Of a DNA stretch of 64,000 bases, positions 22,451 to 33,421 are shown piece after piece. Origin of the DNA: an uncultured Rivularia sp. (lineage in GTDB: Bacteria > Cyanobacteriota > Cyanobacteriia > Cyanobacteriales > Nostocaceae). The stretch lies in assembly GCA_963665115.1 (NCBI GenBank), contig OY762007.1, positions 7,840,001-7,904,000 of the forward strand. Reading direction: 5' to 3'. A program made the translations under genes and the position numbers. The first letter of the stretch is position 1. Each line of letters opens with the position of its first letter. The notes beneath the pieces were generated by a model. That model ran no database searches. It was not told the DNA's origin and was given only the letters and a program-made list of their open reading frames with translations.

Positions 22451-22605
22451 TATACTACTGACAGCTTAAAATATATAGGGTTTATAGTAGCGCTTTAGAA
22501 CCTTAGATAAGATGCGCTAAAGCGCTACTACGAACATATTTTTTATAAGTAATTAAAATCCTGCATTCCCTTTTGTAACCAGTTGTATCTACCAAACGAA
22601 AAATC

Positions 22606-23751
22606 ATGACCCAAACACTGTCTATAAATAATACTCAAAAGCCACAACTATCAGCCTTAAATATACCTAACCGTTTGCTTCTCGGCCCCGGCCCATCAAA
22701 TATTCATCCCGATATACTCAAAGCGATGAATACTCCTCCCGTGGGGCATCTCGATCCGGCTTTCCTCACGCTCATGGATGAGATTCAATCGCTGTTACGT
22801 TACGTATGGCAAACGGAAAACCAACTCACAATAGCAGTTAGCGGTACGGGAAGCGCGGCAATGGAAGCCACAATTGCTAATGCAGTAGAACCCGGTGATG
22901 TGGTATTAGTTGGTGTCGTTGGATACTTTGGCAATCGTTTGGTTGATATGGCCGGGCGTTACGGTGCAGATGTGCGAACCATCACCAAGCCTTGGGGACA
23001 GGTATTTTCGTTAGATGAATTGAAAACGGCGATCGCAACTCATCGTCCTGCTATAGTAGCCTTGGTTCACGCGGAAACTTCCACTGGGGCACGTCAACCG
23101 TTGGAAGGAGTCAGCGAACTATGTCGCGAACATGGTAGTTTGCTGCTGGTGGATTCAGTCACAAGTATGGGTGGTGTTCCTCTTTACTTGGATGAATGGG
23201 GAGTTGATTTGGCTTATAGCTGTAGTCAAAAAGGATTGGGTTGTCCTCCCGGAGCTTCACCCTTTACCATGAGTTCTCGTGCAGTGGAAAAATTGCAAAA
23301 GCGTCAAACAAAGGTTGCAAACTGGTACTTGGACATGAACCTGTTAAGCAAATATTGGGGTAAAGAACGCACATATCATCATACAGCCCCCATCAACTTA
23401 TATTATGCTTTGCGGGAATCTCTACGTTTAATTGCAGAAGAAGGCGTAGAAAATAGTTGGCAAAGGCATCAAAAAAATGCAGAATATTTGTGGCAAGGTT
23501 TAGAAGATTTAGGAATGACTTTGCACGTTGAGAAACAGTACAGACTACCAACCCTGACAACTGTTCGGATTCCCGAAGGCATTGATGGTAAAACAGTTGC
23601 GCGAGAAATGCTACTAGAAGACAACCTTGAAGTGGGAGGCGGGCTTGGCGAATTAGGTGGCAAAGTTTGGCGCATCGGACTAATGGGTTACAACAGCCGC
23701 AAAGAAAATGTAGACAAACTTCTGGAAGTATTGAAGAAGAAGATCAAGTAA
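22606..23751 (+). CDS. Alanine/serine-glyoxylate aminotransferase (class V PLP)
   Basis: LLLGPGPS, VHAETSTG, SCSQKGL (PLP lysine), YHHTAP, WRIGLMG. Confidence 0.93.
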   Translation: MTQTLSINNTQKPQLSALNIPNRLLLGPGPSNIHPDILKAMNTPPVGHLDPAFLTLMDEIQSLLRYVWQTENQLTIAVSGTGSAAMEATIANAVEPGDVVLVGVVGYFGNRLVDMAGRYGADVRTITKPWGQVFSLDELKTAIATHRPAIVALVHAETSTGARQPLEGVSELCREHGSLLLVDSVTSMGGVPLYLDEWGVDLAYSCSQKGLGCPPGASPFTMSSRAVEKLQKRQTKVANWYLDMNLLSKYWGKERTYHHTAPINLYYALRESLRLIAEEGVENSWQRHQKNAEYLWQGLEDLGMTLHVEKQYRLPTLTTVRIPEGIDGKTVAREMLLEDNLEVGGGLGELGGKVWRIGLMGYNSRKENVDKLLEVLKKKIK

Positions 23752-24087
23752 AAAGGTTAAAGGTTAAAGGTTAAAGGTCAAAGGTCAAAGGTTAGGAGTT
23801 ATGAGTCGCAAGTAGTAAGTAGTAAGTAAAATACTAATTGGTTCTTATTATCAGTTCTTCAAGCATCCATTCTCTAATCATTACTTGCTACTTGTTACTC
23901 GTTACTCTAAAAATGTCCCCTTGTCTCCTTCTCCCCTTGTCTCCCCATCTCCCCCTCTTCCCCTCCGTAGTTTTGCCCAAAGTAGAAGAAACCCCCCACA
24001 TTGAAGTACGGTTTAACTGACTGCCTGTAGATTGAAAAGCTGTTACATTTATTTATGTAGGTTGAAATTAATATTACAGAAAAAACC

Positions 24088-24432
24088 GTGAATAATATAG
24101 ACCAACGGAATCCAGAATTTTTTGATAATCAAACAACAGGTGGCAATTCTTTATTACACTATATTAAATCTTTGAGTCCTGAAACAGTTACTCAACTTTC
24201 TCGACCTGGTTCTTCCGACGTTTCAGAAGCAATTGAACGTACCATCGTAGCTATGTTGGGCGGTTTACCTTCAGATGATTTCAATGTAATGATTAGTACC
24301 AATCGCGAAAACTTAGGAAGACTTCTAGCTTCTGCGATGCTTAATGGTTATCTATTACGTAATGCCGAACAGCGCATGGCATTTGAAAATTCTTTGCAAT
24401 CGTTAGAATCCAATTTCCCAAATAATGATTGA
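24088..24432 (+). CDS. DUF760 domain protein
   Basis: NSLLHYIKSLSPETVTQLS, RENLGRLLASAMLNGYLLRNAEQR. Confidence 0.88.
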   Translation: MNNIDQRNPEFFDNQTTGGNSLLHYIKSLSPETVTQLSRPGSSDVSEAIERTIVAMLGGLPSDDFNVMISTNRENLGRLLASAMLNGYLLRNAEQRMAFENSLQSLESNFPNND

Positions 24433-24458
24433 AACAATTAATCTAGTCAATAAATTAA

Positions 24459-24485
24459 GCCCTAGTCCCCTGACTGGGGTTTTTT
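24459..24485 (+). terminator. Intrinsic terminator after DUF760 gene
   Basis: GCCCTAGTC-CCCT-GACTGGGGT stem followed by T-tract. Confidence 0.75.
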
Positions 24486-24704
24486 ATTGTATGATTTGAT
24501 GGAAACTGGGCATTGGGAATTGGGCATTGGGAATTATAAGCGGACGATTATGCCTAATAAAAGAAAAAAATAACCTTAAGAATATTTTTATTTTCAGGAA
24601 ATACTGTTGATATTGAAGAAATAACAATTATATATTATTGATTGATATTAAATCTTTTACCAATTCCCAATTACCAATTACCAATTACCAATTACCTTTC
24701 TATT

Positions 24705-25403
24705 ATGTACAAGCGACTTTTGCTGATATTTAGCTTGATGTTAAGTGGTATGGGTATTGCTGCATTTTTTGTTTGGCAACAAGCGATGCAGTTACCTTCC
24801 TGGTATATTCAATCTTCCTCAAATGAAAAGATAATTTCTTCCAGTAAACAAGCTAATAATTTAAGATATCCTGAAGCAGTATTGCGTAAAGTCTCCGATA
24901 GTTTGACAGCCACAACTATAGGAGAGGTAGAACTTAATGCAGAAGAAGTAAACTCATTAATTGCTTCTTCTATTGGAAAAAAGGGAAATGCTAAACAATT
25001 CGCTTCTGCAATTAAAGGTACAAATACTACAATTGAAAATGGTAAAATTTCTGTAGGTGCTGTTGTTGAAACTGCATCTATTCCCGTAGAAGAATTATCT
25101 GCACAAAAACAAACTAAAATTATTCAATTATTACAGCGTTTACCGGGCAAACAGAAACAAGTTTACATTGGAATTGAGGGAAAACCCAGCGTTCGCGATC
25201 AAGAATTTAGCTTTGATGACACTACTCGCGTTTCTCTAGGTTATTTTAGCTTTCCGATTGCTGAAGTTTCGCAAAATATAGGTATTCCTCAAAACAGTAT
25301 TAATCAACTTCTTTCTCAAGAACTAAAAAAGCTACCAATTAAACTTGAAAGTATAAATATTCAAGGTGAGCGTCTTGTAATTCGTGGATCTAAGAGTCAA
25401 TGA
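24705..25403 (+). CDS. Membrane-anchored hypothetical protein
   Basis: ATG 24705, N-terminal TM then WQQAMQLPSWY; long clean ORF. Confidence 0.75.
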   Translation: MYKRLLLIFSLMLSGMGIAAFFVWQQAMQLPSWYIQSSSNEKIISSSKQANNLRYPEAVLRKVSDSLTATTIGEVELNAEEVNSLIASSIGKKGNAKQFASAIKGTNTTIENGKISVGAVVETASIPVEELSAQKQTKIIQLLQRLPGKQKQVYIGIEGKPSVRDQEFSFDDTTRVSLGYFSFPIAEVSQNIGIPQNSINQLLSQELKKLPIKLESINIQGERLVIRGSKSQ

Positions 25404-25477
25404 ACAGTTAGCAATTATCAATTATCAATTACCAGTGAGCAGTTAGGAATTATAACCTTTGACCTTTAACCTTATAC

Positions 25478-25585
25478 CTATTTTTTCCAGGGTAATTTAG
25501 TTCCCATTTCTGTTAAGGCTGAGAAGATGAGATAGATAATTAGCAGGGAAACGCTAAGAATAAAAATAATTAAGTCTTTGTCCAT
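25478..25585 (-). CDS. 35-aa single-TM small protein
   Basis: Manual translation MDKDLIIFILSVSLLIIYLIFSALTEMGTKLPWKK*; below ORF-track cutoff. Confidence 0.6.
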   Translation of the reverse strand: MDKDLIIFILSVSLLIIYLIFSALTEMGTKLPWKK

Positions 25586-26077
25586 TGATATTAGTTTATG
25601 TGCTTATTTTTTTAAAGCCGATAATCTTTGTATCGTAAACATTTTATCTTTTTGGAACAAGGTTTTAGCAAGAGCATCCCAAGTTTTTCATTTTGTAGTG
25701 CGTTAGCGCAGCGTGTCCGTAAGGACAAGCAGCTTGCTCGGGAGCGCCAGCGAGCCAGATGTATGTCTAATCAATAAAATATGACATTCTAAGTGTATTT
25801 TAAAACTTTTATATTAGCGTGAATATACTTACTTAGAGAAAGAGCTAAATTTTCTTTCAAGATATTAATTATCCTCAATAGTAGTATTTCAAGCCACTTT
25901 ACGAGTACAATATTTATTAAGAAAATATTTAATTGTACTAAAGATGTCTAAATATATGTATCATTAAATACTTTTAATAAAAATAAGATGTAAATACGAA
26001 ACAGAAGGCTCTGTTAAAAATGGTAAAAATTTGTTAAGAATGGTGACAGGACTGTTAACGGGAGTAACTTTCATATT

Positions 26078-27439
26078 ATGGATAATAAAACTGGGACTAA
26101 ACCACCACATCACGTGGTTATCGTTGGTGGGGGTTTTGGGGGATTATATACAGCGAAAGCACTAAATAGCAAAGATATAAACGTAACTTTAATAGACAAA
26201 AGAAATTTCCACCTGTTTCAACCGCTTCTGTATCAGGTAGCTACGGGTACTTTATCACCGGCTGATATTTCATCGCCATTGCGATCGGTACTCAAAAAAA
26301 GCAAAAATACTAAAGTGCTGTTGGGAGAGGTTAGCGAGATCGATCCAGAGAAGAAAAATGTGGTGATGAGGGGTGAAGAAATCCCTTATGACAGCTTGAT
26401 TATTGCTACTGGTGCCAAGCATTCGTATTTTGGTAAGGATGAGTGGGAAGAATTCGCACCTGGTTTAAAAACTGTAGAAGATGCGATTGAAATGCGTCGT
26501 CGCATATTTATAGCATTTGAAGCGGCTGAGCAGGAAAAAGATGAAGAAAAACGTCGTGCTTTATTGACCTTTGTGGTGGTTGGTGGTGGCCCGACTGGTG
26601 TAGAATTAGCTGGTGCGATCGCCGAGTTAGCTTACGGTATTCTCAAAGAAGATTTTCGCAACATCGATACTTCAGAAACACAGGTATTGCTTCTAGAAGG
26701 TATGGATCGAATTTTGCCACCCTTTGCACCGGAATTATCTGCAAAAGCTCAAAAATCATTAGAACATTTGGGTGTTACTGTAGTCACAAAAACTTTGGTA
26801 ACGGGTATCGAAGGAGATATAGTTACCGTCAAGCAAGGTGACGAAATCAATAAGTTTGGAGCTAACACCGTATTATGGGCAGCAGGTGTAAAAGCTTCAG
26901 CATTAGGTAAGAAAATAGCAGAAAAAACTGGTGCAGAATGCGATAGAGCCGGAAGAGTAATCGTCGAGCCAGATTTAAGTTTGAAGGGTTATCCAAATAT
27001 ATATGTAATTGGCGATTTAGCACATTTCGCTCACCAAACTGGTAAACCATTGCCCGGTGTTGCACCTGTTGCAATGCAGGAAGGGCAATATGTAGCAAAA
27101 TCCATTAAACAACAGATAAAAGGCAATACTTTAGCACCATTTAACTACGTTGATTACGGGAATTTAGCGGTAATCGGACAACATTCTGCTGTTGTAGATT
27201 TAGGCTTTATGAAACTAACAGGTTTCGTGGCTTGGCTATTCTGGTTATTAATTCACATTTATTATTTAGTTGAATTTGATAACAAATTAGTCGTCATGAC
27301 TCAGTGGATTTGGAACTATTTCACCCGCAATCGTGGAGCAAGATTAATTACAGCGACAGACTTACCAGCACCTGTTGAAGTTAATAGCAAAGTAGATTAT
27401 TATCCGCCAGTTGATGAGAAAAAAGCTGTTAATGTTTAA
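26078..27439 (+). CDS. Type II NADH dehydrogenase (NDH-2, Ndb family)
   Basis: VVIVGGGFGG, FQPLLYQVATG, VVGGGPTGVELAG, WAAGV, PGVAPVAMQEG. Confidence 0.93.
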   Translation: MDNKTGTKPPHHVVIVGGGFGGLYTAKALNSKDINVTLIDKRNFHLFQPLLYQVATGTLSPADISSPLRSVLKKSKNTKVLLGEVSEIDPEKKNVVMRGEEIPYDSLIIATGAKHSYFGKDEWEEFAPGLKTVEDAIEMRRRIFIAFEAAEQEKDEEKRRALLTFVVVGGGPTGVELAGAIAELAYGILKEDFRNIDTSETQVLLLEGMDRILPPFAPELSAKAQKSLEHLGVTVVTKTLVTGIEGDIVTVKQGDEINKFGANTVLWAAGVKASALGKKIAEKTGAECDRAGRVIVEPDLSLKGYPNIYVIGDLAHFAHQTGKPLPGVAPVAMQEGQYVAKSIKQQIKGNTLAPFNYVDYGNLAVIGQHSAVVDLGFMKLTGFVAWLFWLLIHIYYLVEFDNKLVVMTQWIWNYFTRNRGARLITATDLPAPVEVNSKVDYYPPVDEKKAVNV

Positions 27440-27618
27440 GAAATAGGGAATAGGGAATTGGGCATGGGGCATTGGTAATGGGTAATAGGGAATTGGTAAT
27501 TGGTAATTGGTAATTGGTAATTAGTAGTGGGAGCATCTTGCTCCCTATCTTCCCCATCACCCCATCACCCCATCTCCCCATCACCCCATCTCCCCATCTC
27601 CCCTCTCCCCCTTCCCCT
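27440..27618. repeat. Composite intergenic repeat: STRR heptamers + GTAGTGGGAGCATCTTGCTCCC palindrome + CCCCATCA/CCCCATCT octamers
   Basis: Palindrome at 27524-27545; identical copies at 33326-33347 (reverse), 42077-42098, 49366-49387; variant at 63168-63189. Confidence 0.88.
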
Positions 27619-28749
27619 TCACTCCAACGGTATCGTCACAATAAAAGTAGTTCCTACACCTTCTTTACTAATTAAGCTAATTTCTCCTTGGTGCAATTCT
27701 ACATATTGCTTGACAATTGATAATCCTAAACCATGCCCTGGAATTTGCCCGACATTGCTAGCTCTTTGAAAAGAAGTAAACAAATTATCTTGTTCTATTT
27801 CTGGAATACCGATACCTTTATCTTGAATGCGAAAAATAGCTTCTCCCTGTAAGCAGAATAAATCGAAGCGTATTTCTCCACCTTGGGGTGAATATTTAAT
27901 TGCATTAGATAGCAAGTTAGTCAATATGTGTCGAAGTAGCTTTTCGTCTAAACGAAGTAGACTAACATCGGTGGTAGGTGCGCTATCTTCTTTCTGCTGA
28001 GTACAGCATCCTTGAGCTTTGAAAATAATTTGATGTTCTTCTGTTGCTATCAGCTTGATTTCTGCTACTAAATCTTGACAAAATTTTTCTATATCTAAAG
28101 GTGCAGGATTTAATTGAGTTTGATGAACTTCTGCTTTACCAACTAATAATACATCACTCAATAATTGATTGAGATTTTTAACCGCATTTTGTATATGATA
28201 TAAATATTCTTCTTTTTTATTTTCCGTTATTTCTTGACTGTGATTTGCGAGTAATTCAGTCGAATTTAAAATTGTACTTAATGGATTGCGAAATTCATGA
28301 CTTACCATTGAAACGAAACGAGATTTCAGCTCACTCATTTCTTTCTCTTTTTGTAATTCATCTCGCATTACAGTTTCTTGTTGATGCTTGCTTAAAGCTA
28401 TCTCGATGGTAGTAATTAATTGAGTTTCTTCAAAAGGTTTAAGTACGTAACCAAAAGGTTGGGTTGCTTTAGCTTTTTTGATAGTGCTTTCATCAGAGTG
28501 AGCAGTGAGGAAAACTACCGGAATATTAAAAGTATTCATAATTATTTCGGCAGCTTTAATTCCATTCATATCACCTTTAAGCACCATATCCATTAAAACT
28601 AAATCTGGCTGCAATTCTTCTACTTGGGTAATTGCCTTTTCTCCATAAGCGATAACAGCGGGAACAATATAACCCGAATTTTCCAAACAACATTTTATAT
28701 CGCAGGCAATAATTCTTTCGTCTTCCACAATCAAGATTTTGTCTTTCAT
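27619..28749 (-). CDS. Receiver-HisKA-HATPase hybrid histidine kinase
   Basis: ATG 28749 MKDKILIVEDE, LVLMD, SHEFRNPL, NLLSNAIKYS, GLGLSIV. Confidence 0.92.
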   Translation of the reverse strand: MKDKILIVEDERIIACDIKCCLENSGYIVPAVIAYGEKAITQVEELQPDLVLMDMVLKGDMNGIKAAEIIMNTFNIPVVFLTAHSDESTIKKAKATQPFGYVLKPFEETQLITTIEIALSKHQQETVMRDELQKEKEMSELKSRFVSMVSHEFRNPLSTILNSTELLANHSQEITENKKEEYLYHIQNAVKNLNQLLSDVLLVGKAEVHQTQLNPAPLDIEKFCQDLVAEIKLIATEEHQIIFKAQGCCTQQKEDSAPTTDVSLLRLDEKLLRHILTNLLSNAIKYSPQGGEIRFDLFCLQGEAIFRIQDKGIGIPEIEQDNLFTSFQRASNVGQIPGHGLGLSIVKQYVELHQGEISLISKEGVGTTFIVTIPLE

Positions 28750-28756
28750 TTTTATA

Positions 28757-31339
28757 TTATGTATTGCTGTTATCGGTAAATGTAATTCTAAATGAAGTAC
28801 CAAGTTTGGAACTATATACTATTGCCCCTTCTAATTGCTCGACTAAATTCCAGACTAGTTCTAAACCGAGGGATTGCTTTTTTAATGAATCAATATTTTC
28901 TCCTACTCCCACACCGTTATCGCTAACCGATAACGAGTATTTACCAGTTTGCAAAGTTATAAATTCTACATATATTTCTCCTTTCTCACTATTTTTAAAA
29001 GCGTGCTTCATTGAATTGGAAATAAGCTCGTTGATAATTAAACCACAAGGAATTGCCAGATCAATTTTTAAATTTAGTTTTTCAATATTAGCGTTCACCT
29101 TAATATTGGTAATGTTATAACAGCGAATTAAATTATTTGTTAACTTACGAATATACTCTGAAAATTCTATTTTTTCTAAATTATTAGTTTGATATAAATT
29201 TTCGTGAATCAAAGCCATTGCTCGGACGCGATTCAGACTATCCTTAAAAATTTCTAGCGCTTGTTTGTCTTTGATATAGCCAGACTGCAAGCGTAACAAA
29301 CTAGAAATTATCTGTAAGTTATTTTTAACGCGATGATGGATTTCTTTGAGCAATACTTCTTTTTCTTTTAAAGAAGCCTTTAATTTATTTTCTACCTGCT
29401 TGCGAACTGTAATGTCAGTACTTGAACCAGCCATAAAAGCCGGTATACCATCTCGATCGCGAACTACATTACCGCGAGTTAAAAATGAATAAGCATTTCC
29501 ATTTTTGTGCAGCATTCGATGCTCAATTTCGTATTTAGGAATTAACTCTTCTAAATAAGCATTAATTTCGGCTTTGACAAAACCCACATCCTCAGAATGC
29601 ACGAATCGCAACCAGTTACTAAATTGATTAGCTATTTCTTCATCCTTGTAGCCAAGCATCGCTTTCAAATTAGAGTCAATATAAACTTCATTGGTTTGAA
29701 TATTCCATTCCCAAACTCCAACTTTTCCCGCACTTATAGCTCGTGCGTATCTTTCTTCACTTACCCTTAAAGCTTGTTCTACTCGTTTACGCCCTAGAAC
29801 ATTTCCTAATATTTCTGCTACTATTTTGAGTAAGAAAATGCTGTTTTCCGTCCACGAAGTAGTACTCAAGGATTCAAAACCTAAGAAACCAATTAGGTTC
29901 CCGCTACAAGCAATTGGTAAAATAATCAGAGATTTTATATCTTGGGTTTTAAAAACCTGTTTTTCAACTGTTTTTTGTAAAAGTAAATTCTGTATATCCT
30001 GTAATTGCAAAGTTTCACCACGGTGAAGCTTTTCTATAAACAAAGTCAAATCTTTAACGTAGATATCTTTTAACTCATCAATACGAGATGGAATTTCCGA
30101 AGCACACCACTCATGGGTATTATTAATCGTCTTATAATGTTCTGTCAATAAAAACACATAGCTACGATCTACACCAACAAATTTACTAATAGTCTGTAGT
30201 GCTTTATTAATACCATTATCTATTTCACCGGCAGCAAGATTAATAAAATCAGCCGATATAGTAGTAATTAACTTTTCAAAATCGACTCGAAAACGAAGTT
30301 CTTCTTCAATTCGCTCCCTTTCGATAATTTCTTGTCGCAAGCGATAATTTGTCTTTCTTAATTCGTAAGTACGTTCTTCAACTCTGATTTCCAATTTATC
30401 TTTAGCGTTTTGCAACTCTATTTCTGCCTGCTTGCGTTCGGTTATATCGCGCACAATGACGATAATATGATTTCCAATTGTGCTTTGCAATCTTGCTTCA
30501 AAACTTTTTTCTCCAGATGGTACCGATAAAGAGTATTCAATTGCAATTAGGGAATCAGTTTCCAGCACTTGGGAGATAGCTTCCTGAAATTTATCGGCAA
30601 TAGTATACGGTACAATTTCTTGTAATTTTTTGCCTAAAAACTTTTCAGGTGGTAAATATAAATCAGAAAATTCTTTTGTATGACAGCTAAGGATAGTGCC
30701 GTCACTTTTCAAACGAAAGTAGATATCGGGAAAAGCCTGGAATAACTCTTGTAACTCATTCGTTGTCTGTAAAAGTTGTGCTTCAGTTGCCAGACTGTCG
30801 CATATTTTATGTTGCAATAATTTATTAGTGTCCTTTAAATTATCAAGCTCGGTTCTTATTTTATTATTATTATGTATTTTTTCTTTTATCTGGCTGACTA
30901 AATTGTTATTTTTTTGTACTTTTTTTTGTATTTTTTTTATAGTATTTGAAAGCTCTACCTGCAATCTTTGAGCAATAATTATTGGAGTAACTATTTCTTT
31001 TAATTCTCCCGAACGATTCACAATTGGCAAAGACCTGATATTATTATCTTGCATAAAAGATAGTGCCTGCTGATAATCGTAATTAAGCTGTAAAGTAATT
31101 GCTGGTTTCATTACTTCAGCTACTTTCATTTGTTCTAAGTTGGTACCAGAAGTAATCAAATGAACTAAATCAAAAAGTTTTAATATACCTACAATTTGTG
31201 AATTATCGACAACAAATAACTCTTGAATTACTATATCTTTTTCTTTAAATTGTTTTATTAAACCGACAATTTCCGTCAAAAGAGTTTCAGGCGAAACTGT
31301 CAGATTGGAGTCTTTAATAACATCTGCGACTAAAAGCAT
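28757..31339 (-). CDS. CBS/PAS/GAF sensor histidine kinase (HisKA_2 type)
   Basis: N-terminal CBS pair, PAS domains, [34 protein letters not shown]. Confidence 0.92.
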   Translation of the reverse strand: MLLVADVIKDSNLTVSPETLLTEIVGLIKQFKEKDIVIQELFVVDNSQIVGILKLFDLVHLITSGTNLEQMKVAEVMKPAITLQLNYDYQQALSFMQDNNIRSLPIVNRSGELKEIVTPIIIAQRLQVELSNTIKKIQKKVQKNNNLVSQIKEKIHNNNKIRTELDNLKDTNKLLQHKICDSLATEAQLLQTTNELQELFQAFPDIYFRLKSDGTILSCHTKEFSDLYLPPEKFLGKKLQEIVPYTIADKFQEAISQVLETDSLIAIEYSLSVPSGEKSFEARLQSTIGNHIIVIVRDITERKQAEIELQNAKDKLEIRVEERTYELRKTNYRLRQEIIERERIEEELRFRVDFEKLITTISADFINLAAGEIDNGINKALQTISKFVGVDRSYVFLLTEHYKTINNTHEWCASEIPSRIDELKDIYVKDLTLFIEKLHRGETLQLQDIQNLLLQKTVEKQVFKTQDIKSLIILPIACSGNLIGFLGFESLSTTSWTENSIFLLKIVAEILGNVLGRKRVEQALRVSEERYARAISAGKVGVWEWNIQTNEVYIDSNLKAMLGYKDEEIANQFSNWLRFVHSEDVGFVKAEINAYLEELIPKYEIEHRMLHKNGNAYSFLTRGNVVRDRDGIPAFMAGSSTDITVRKQVENKLKASLKEKEVLLKEIHHRVKNNLQIISSLLRLQSGYIKDKQALEIFKDSLNRVRAMALIHENLYQTNNLEKIEFSEYIRKLTNNLIRCYNITNIKVNANIEKLNLKIDLAIPCGLIINELISNSMKHAFKNSEKGEIYVEFITLQTGKYSLSVSDNGVGVGENIDSLKKQSLGLELVWNLVEQLEGAIVYSSKLGTSFRITFTDNSNT

Positions 31340-31946
31340 AGCGAGAATTTATGAAAACTACATCAATGGTGTAGCAAATAATTTTTACACATTCTTATAT
31401 TTTTTATGCAAAAGCTATATAAAAGGAGGCTTTACAATCAAAGCATTTTACATATTTTAAAGCATCATGGGTTGAGAAAAAATCCTTTAATGAATATCTA
31501 CAACAAAATTTTACCTCGAATTCGAGATGGTGAGATAATATAAATTGCTATACAGGTATTGATAATTTGGTAATTTGAAACTTTAAAATGCTGGCTAAGC
31601 AGTGCTGTTTGAATTGGCATATTTATATTGGCTGAAATGCCGTTTAGTTCTGAATTTAAAATTATTTTTTAGATTTTTTTCAAAAACGATCAACATTGCT
31701 ACCCCGATAAAAATATACTCTCTCCAGCTGCTAGCTTAAGTGATAAATAAAGCTATAGCATCGTGGTTAACACTGATTAGGCATTTGCCTAATTTGTTTA
31801 TCAAGTAATTATAAATAAAAAGGAATGAAGAGATATCGAATGCTTTTTAAACTACTTTTTAGCAATTGCAAAAAAATATTCATCGCTTTTAACTGTATAA
31901 AACAGTAAATTGGTATTAAGCAATCAAAAATATACCGGGGAAACCG

Positions 31947-33236
31947 ATGTCTAGCGAACAGGGTACGCTTGCCGTCTACCATTCTAGTCTTGCATCTATC
32001 GTTGGAGAAGAAAATTTTATTTATGATTCAGATAACAAGCAGATAAAAAAAGCAATATCACCGGAAAATCTCCCCGGTTGCATCGTACATCCTCAAACTC
32101 AAGAGCAGCTTGCTGAAGTTATAGCCGCAGCTTACCGCAACAAGTGGCGAATTTTACCTTGCGGTAACAGTAGTAAACTCAAATGGGGTAGTTTATCAAA
32201 ACACATCGATGTAGTTGTTAGTACGCAGCGTCTCAACAAAATTATTACTCATGCTGTAGGTGACTTAACTATTACCGTAGAAGCAGGAGTTAAATTCGCC
32301 GATATTCAAGCAACTTTAGCGAAACACAATCAAATACTTGCTCTTAACCCGACATCACCCGATTTAGCAACCATCGGCGGTATCATTGCTACTGGCGATA
32401 CGGGTTCCTTACGACAGCGTTATGGTAGCGTCCGCGACCAACTGTTAGGCGTTACTTTCGTGCGTGCTGACGGTCAAATTGCTCGCGCTGGTGGCAAAGT
32501 AGTCAAAAATGTTGCCGGTTACGACTTGATGAAATTATTTACTGGCTCCTACGGAACCTTAAGTATCATCACTGAAGCAACATTTCGGCTATATCCCATG
32601 CAGTCAACTTCGGGAAGCGCAATTTTGACAGGTAGCAAAGAAGCTATATCCCAAGCAGCCGACACCATTCGTGGTTCCGCTTTAACACCTACCCAAGCCG
32701 ATTTACTTTCCTCCCAACTAGTATCAAGTATGGGATTGGGTAAAGGATTGGGGTTAATTGTGCGCTTCGAGAGTATCCCCGAAAGCGTCGAAGAACAATT
32801 AAACCAAGTTTTGCAAGTAGGAGAAAAATTAGGATTAACTGGCGTACAGTATTCCGACACAGAAGAACAAAACTTATGGCTATTATTGCCAGAACAAATA
32901 CATTTACCCGAACAAGGATCGGAAATTACTTGCAAAATAGGAGTATTACCAAACGCTGCCGTAGAAGTTTTAGATCGAGCCGAGTTAGGTTTGATTAACA
33001 TATCTAGCGGCTTGGGAATATTGCGATTTGAAGATGAAAAAAAGGTGTTAGAAATGCGGAATTTATGCCAACAATACAGTGGTTTTCTATCTATATTATC
33101 AGCACCAATAGAAGTTAAACAAAAATTAGATGTTTGGGGTTACAGCGGTAATGGATTGGAGTTAATGCGAGCAATTAAAAAACAATTTGATGCCGAGAAT
33201 ATTTTAAGCCCAGGGAGATTTGTGGGAGGAATTTGA
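31947..33236 (+). CDS. glcE: Glycolate oxidase FAD-binding subunit GlcE-like
   Basis: ATIGGIIAT, GGKVVKNVAGYDLMKLFTGSYGTL, KKQFDAENILSPGRF; adjacent to glcF. Confidence 0.85.
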   Translation: MSSEQGTLAVYHSSLASIVGEENFIYDSDNKQIKKAISPENLPGCIVHPQTQEQLAEVIAAAYRNKWRILPCGNSSKLKWGSLSKHIDVVVSTQRLNKIITHAVGDLTITVEAGVKFADIQATLAKHNQILALNPTSPDLATIGGIIATGDTGSLRQRYGSVRDQLLGVTFVRADGQIARAGGKVVKNVAGYDLMKLFTGSYGTLSIITEATFRLYPMQSTSGSAILTGSKEAISQAADTIRGSALTPTQADLLSSQLVSSMGLGKGLGLIVRFESIPESVEEQLNQVLQVGEKLGLTGVQYSDTEEQNLWLLLPEQIHLPEQGSEITCKIGVLPNAAVEVLDRAELGLINISSGLGILRFEDEKKVLEMRNLCQQYSGFLSILSAPIEVKQKLDVWGYSGNGLELMRAIKKQFDAENILSPGRFVGGI

Positions 33237-33415
33237 GGAGAGATGGGAAGAGGGGGAGACAAGGGGAAGGTAGGGATTTGAGGAGAGATGGGCAGAGGGG
33301 GAGACAAGGGGACAAGGGGAAGGTAGGGAGCAAGATGCTCCCACTACCAATTACCAATGCCCAATGCCCAATCCCCAATTACCAATTACCAATTACCAAT
33401 TACCAATTACCAATA
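33237..33415. repeat. Composite intergenic repeat (purine-rich units + REP palindrome + CCAATTA heptamers)
   Basis: Same three parts as 27440-27618 in reverse orientation; includes duplicated TTTGAGGAGAGATGGG-AGAGGGGGAGACAAGGGGA block. Confidence 0.85.
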
Positions 33416-33421
33416 CTTATT

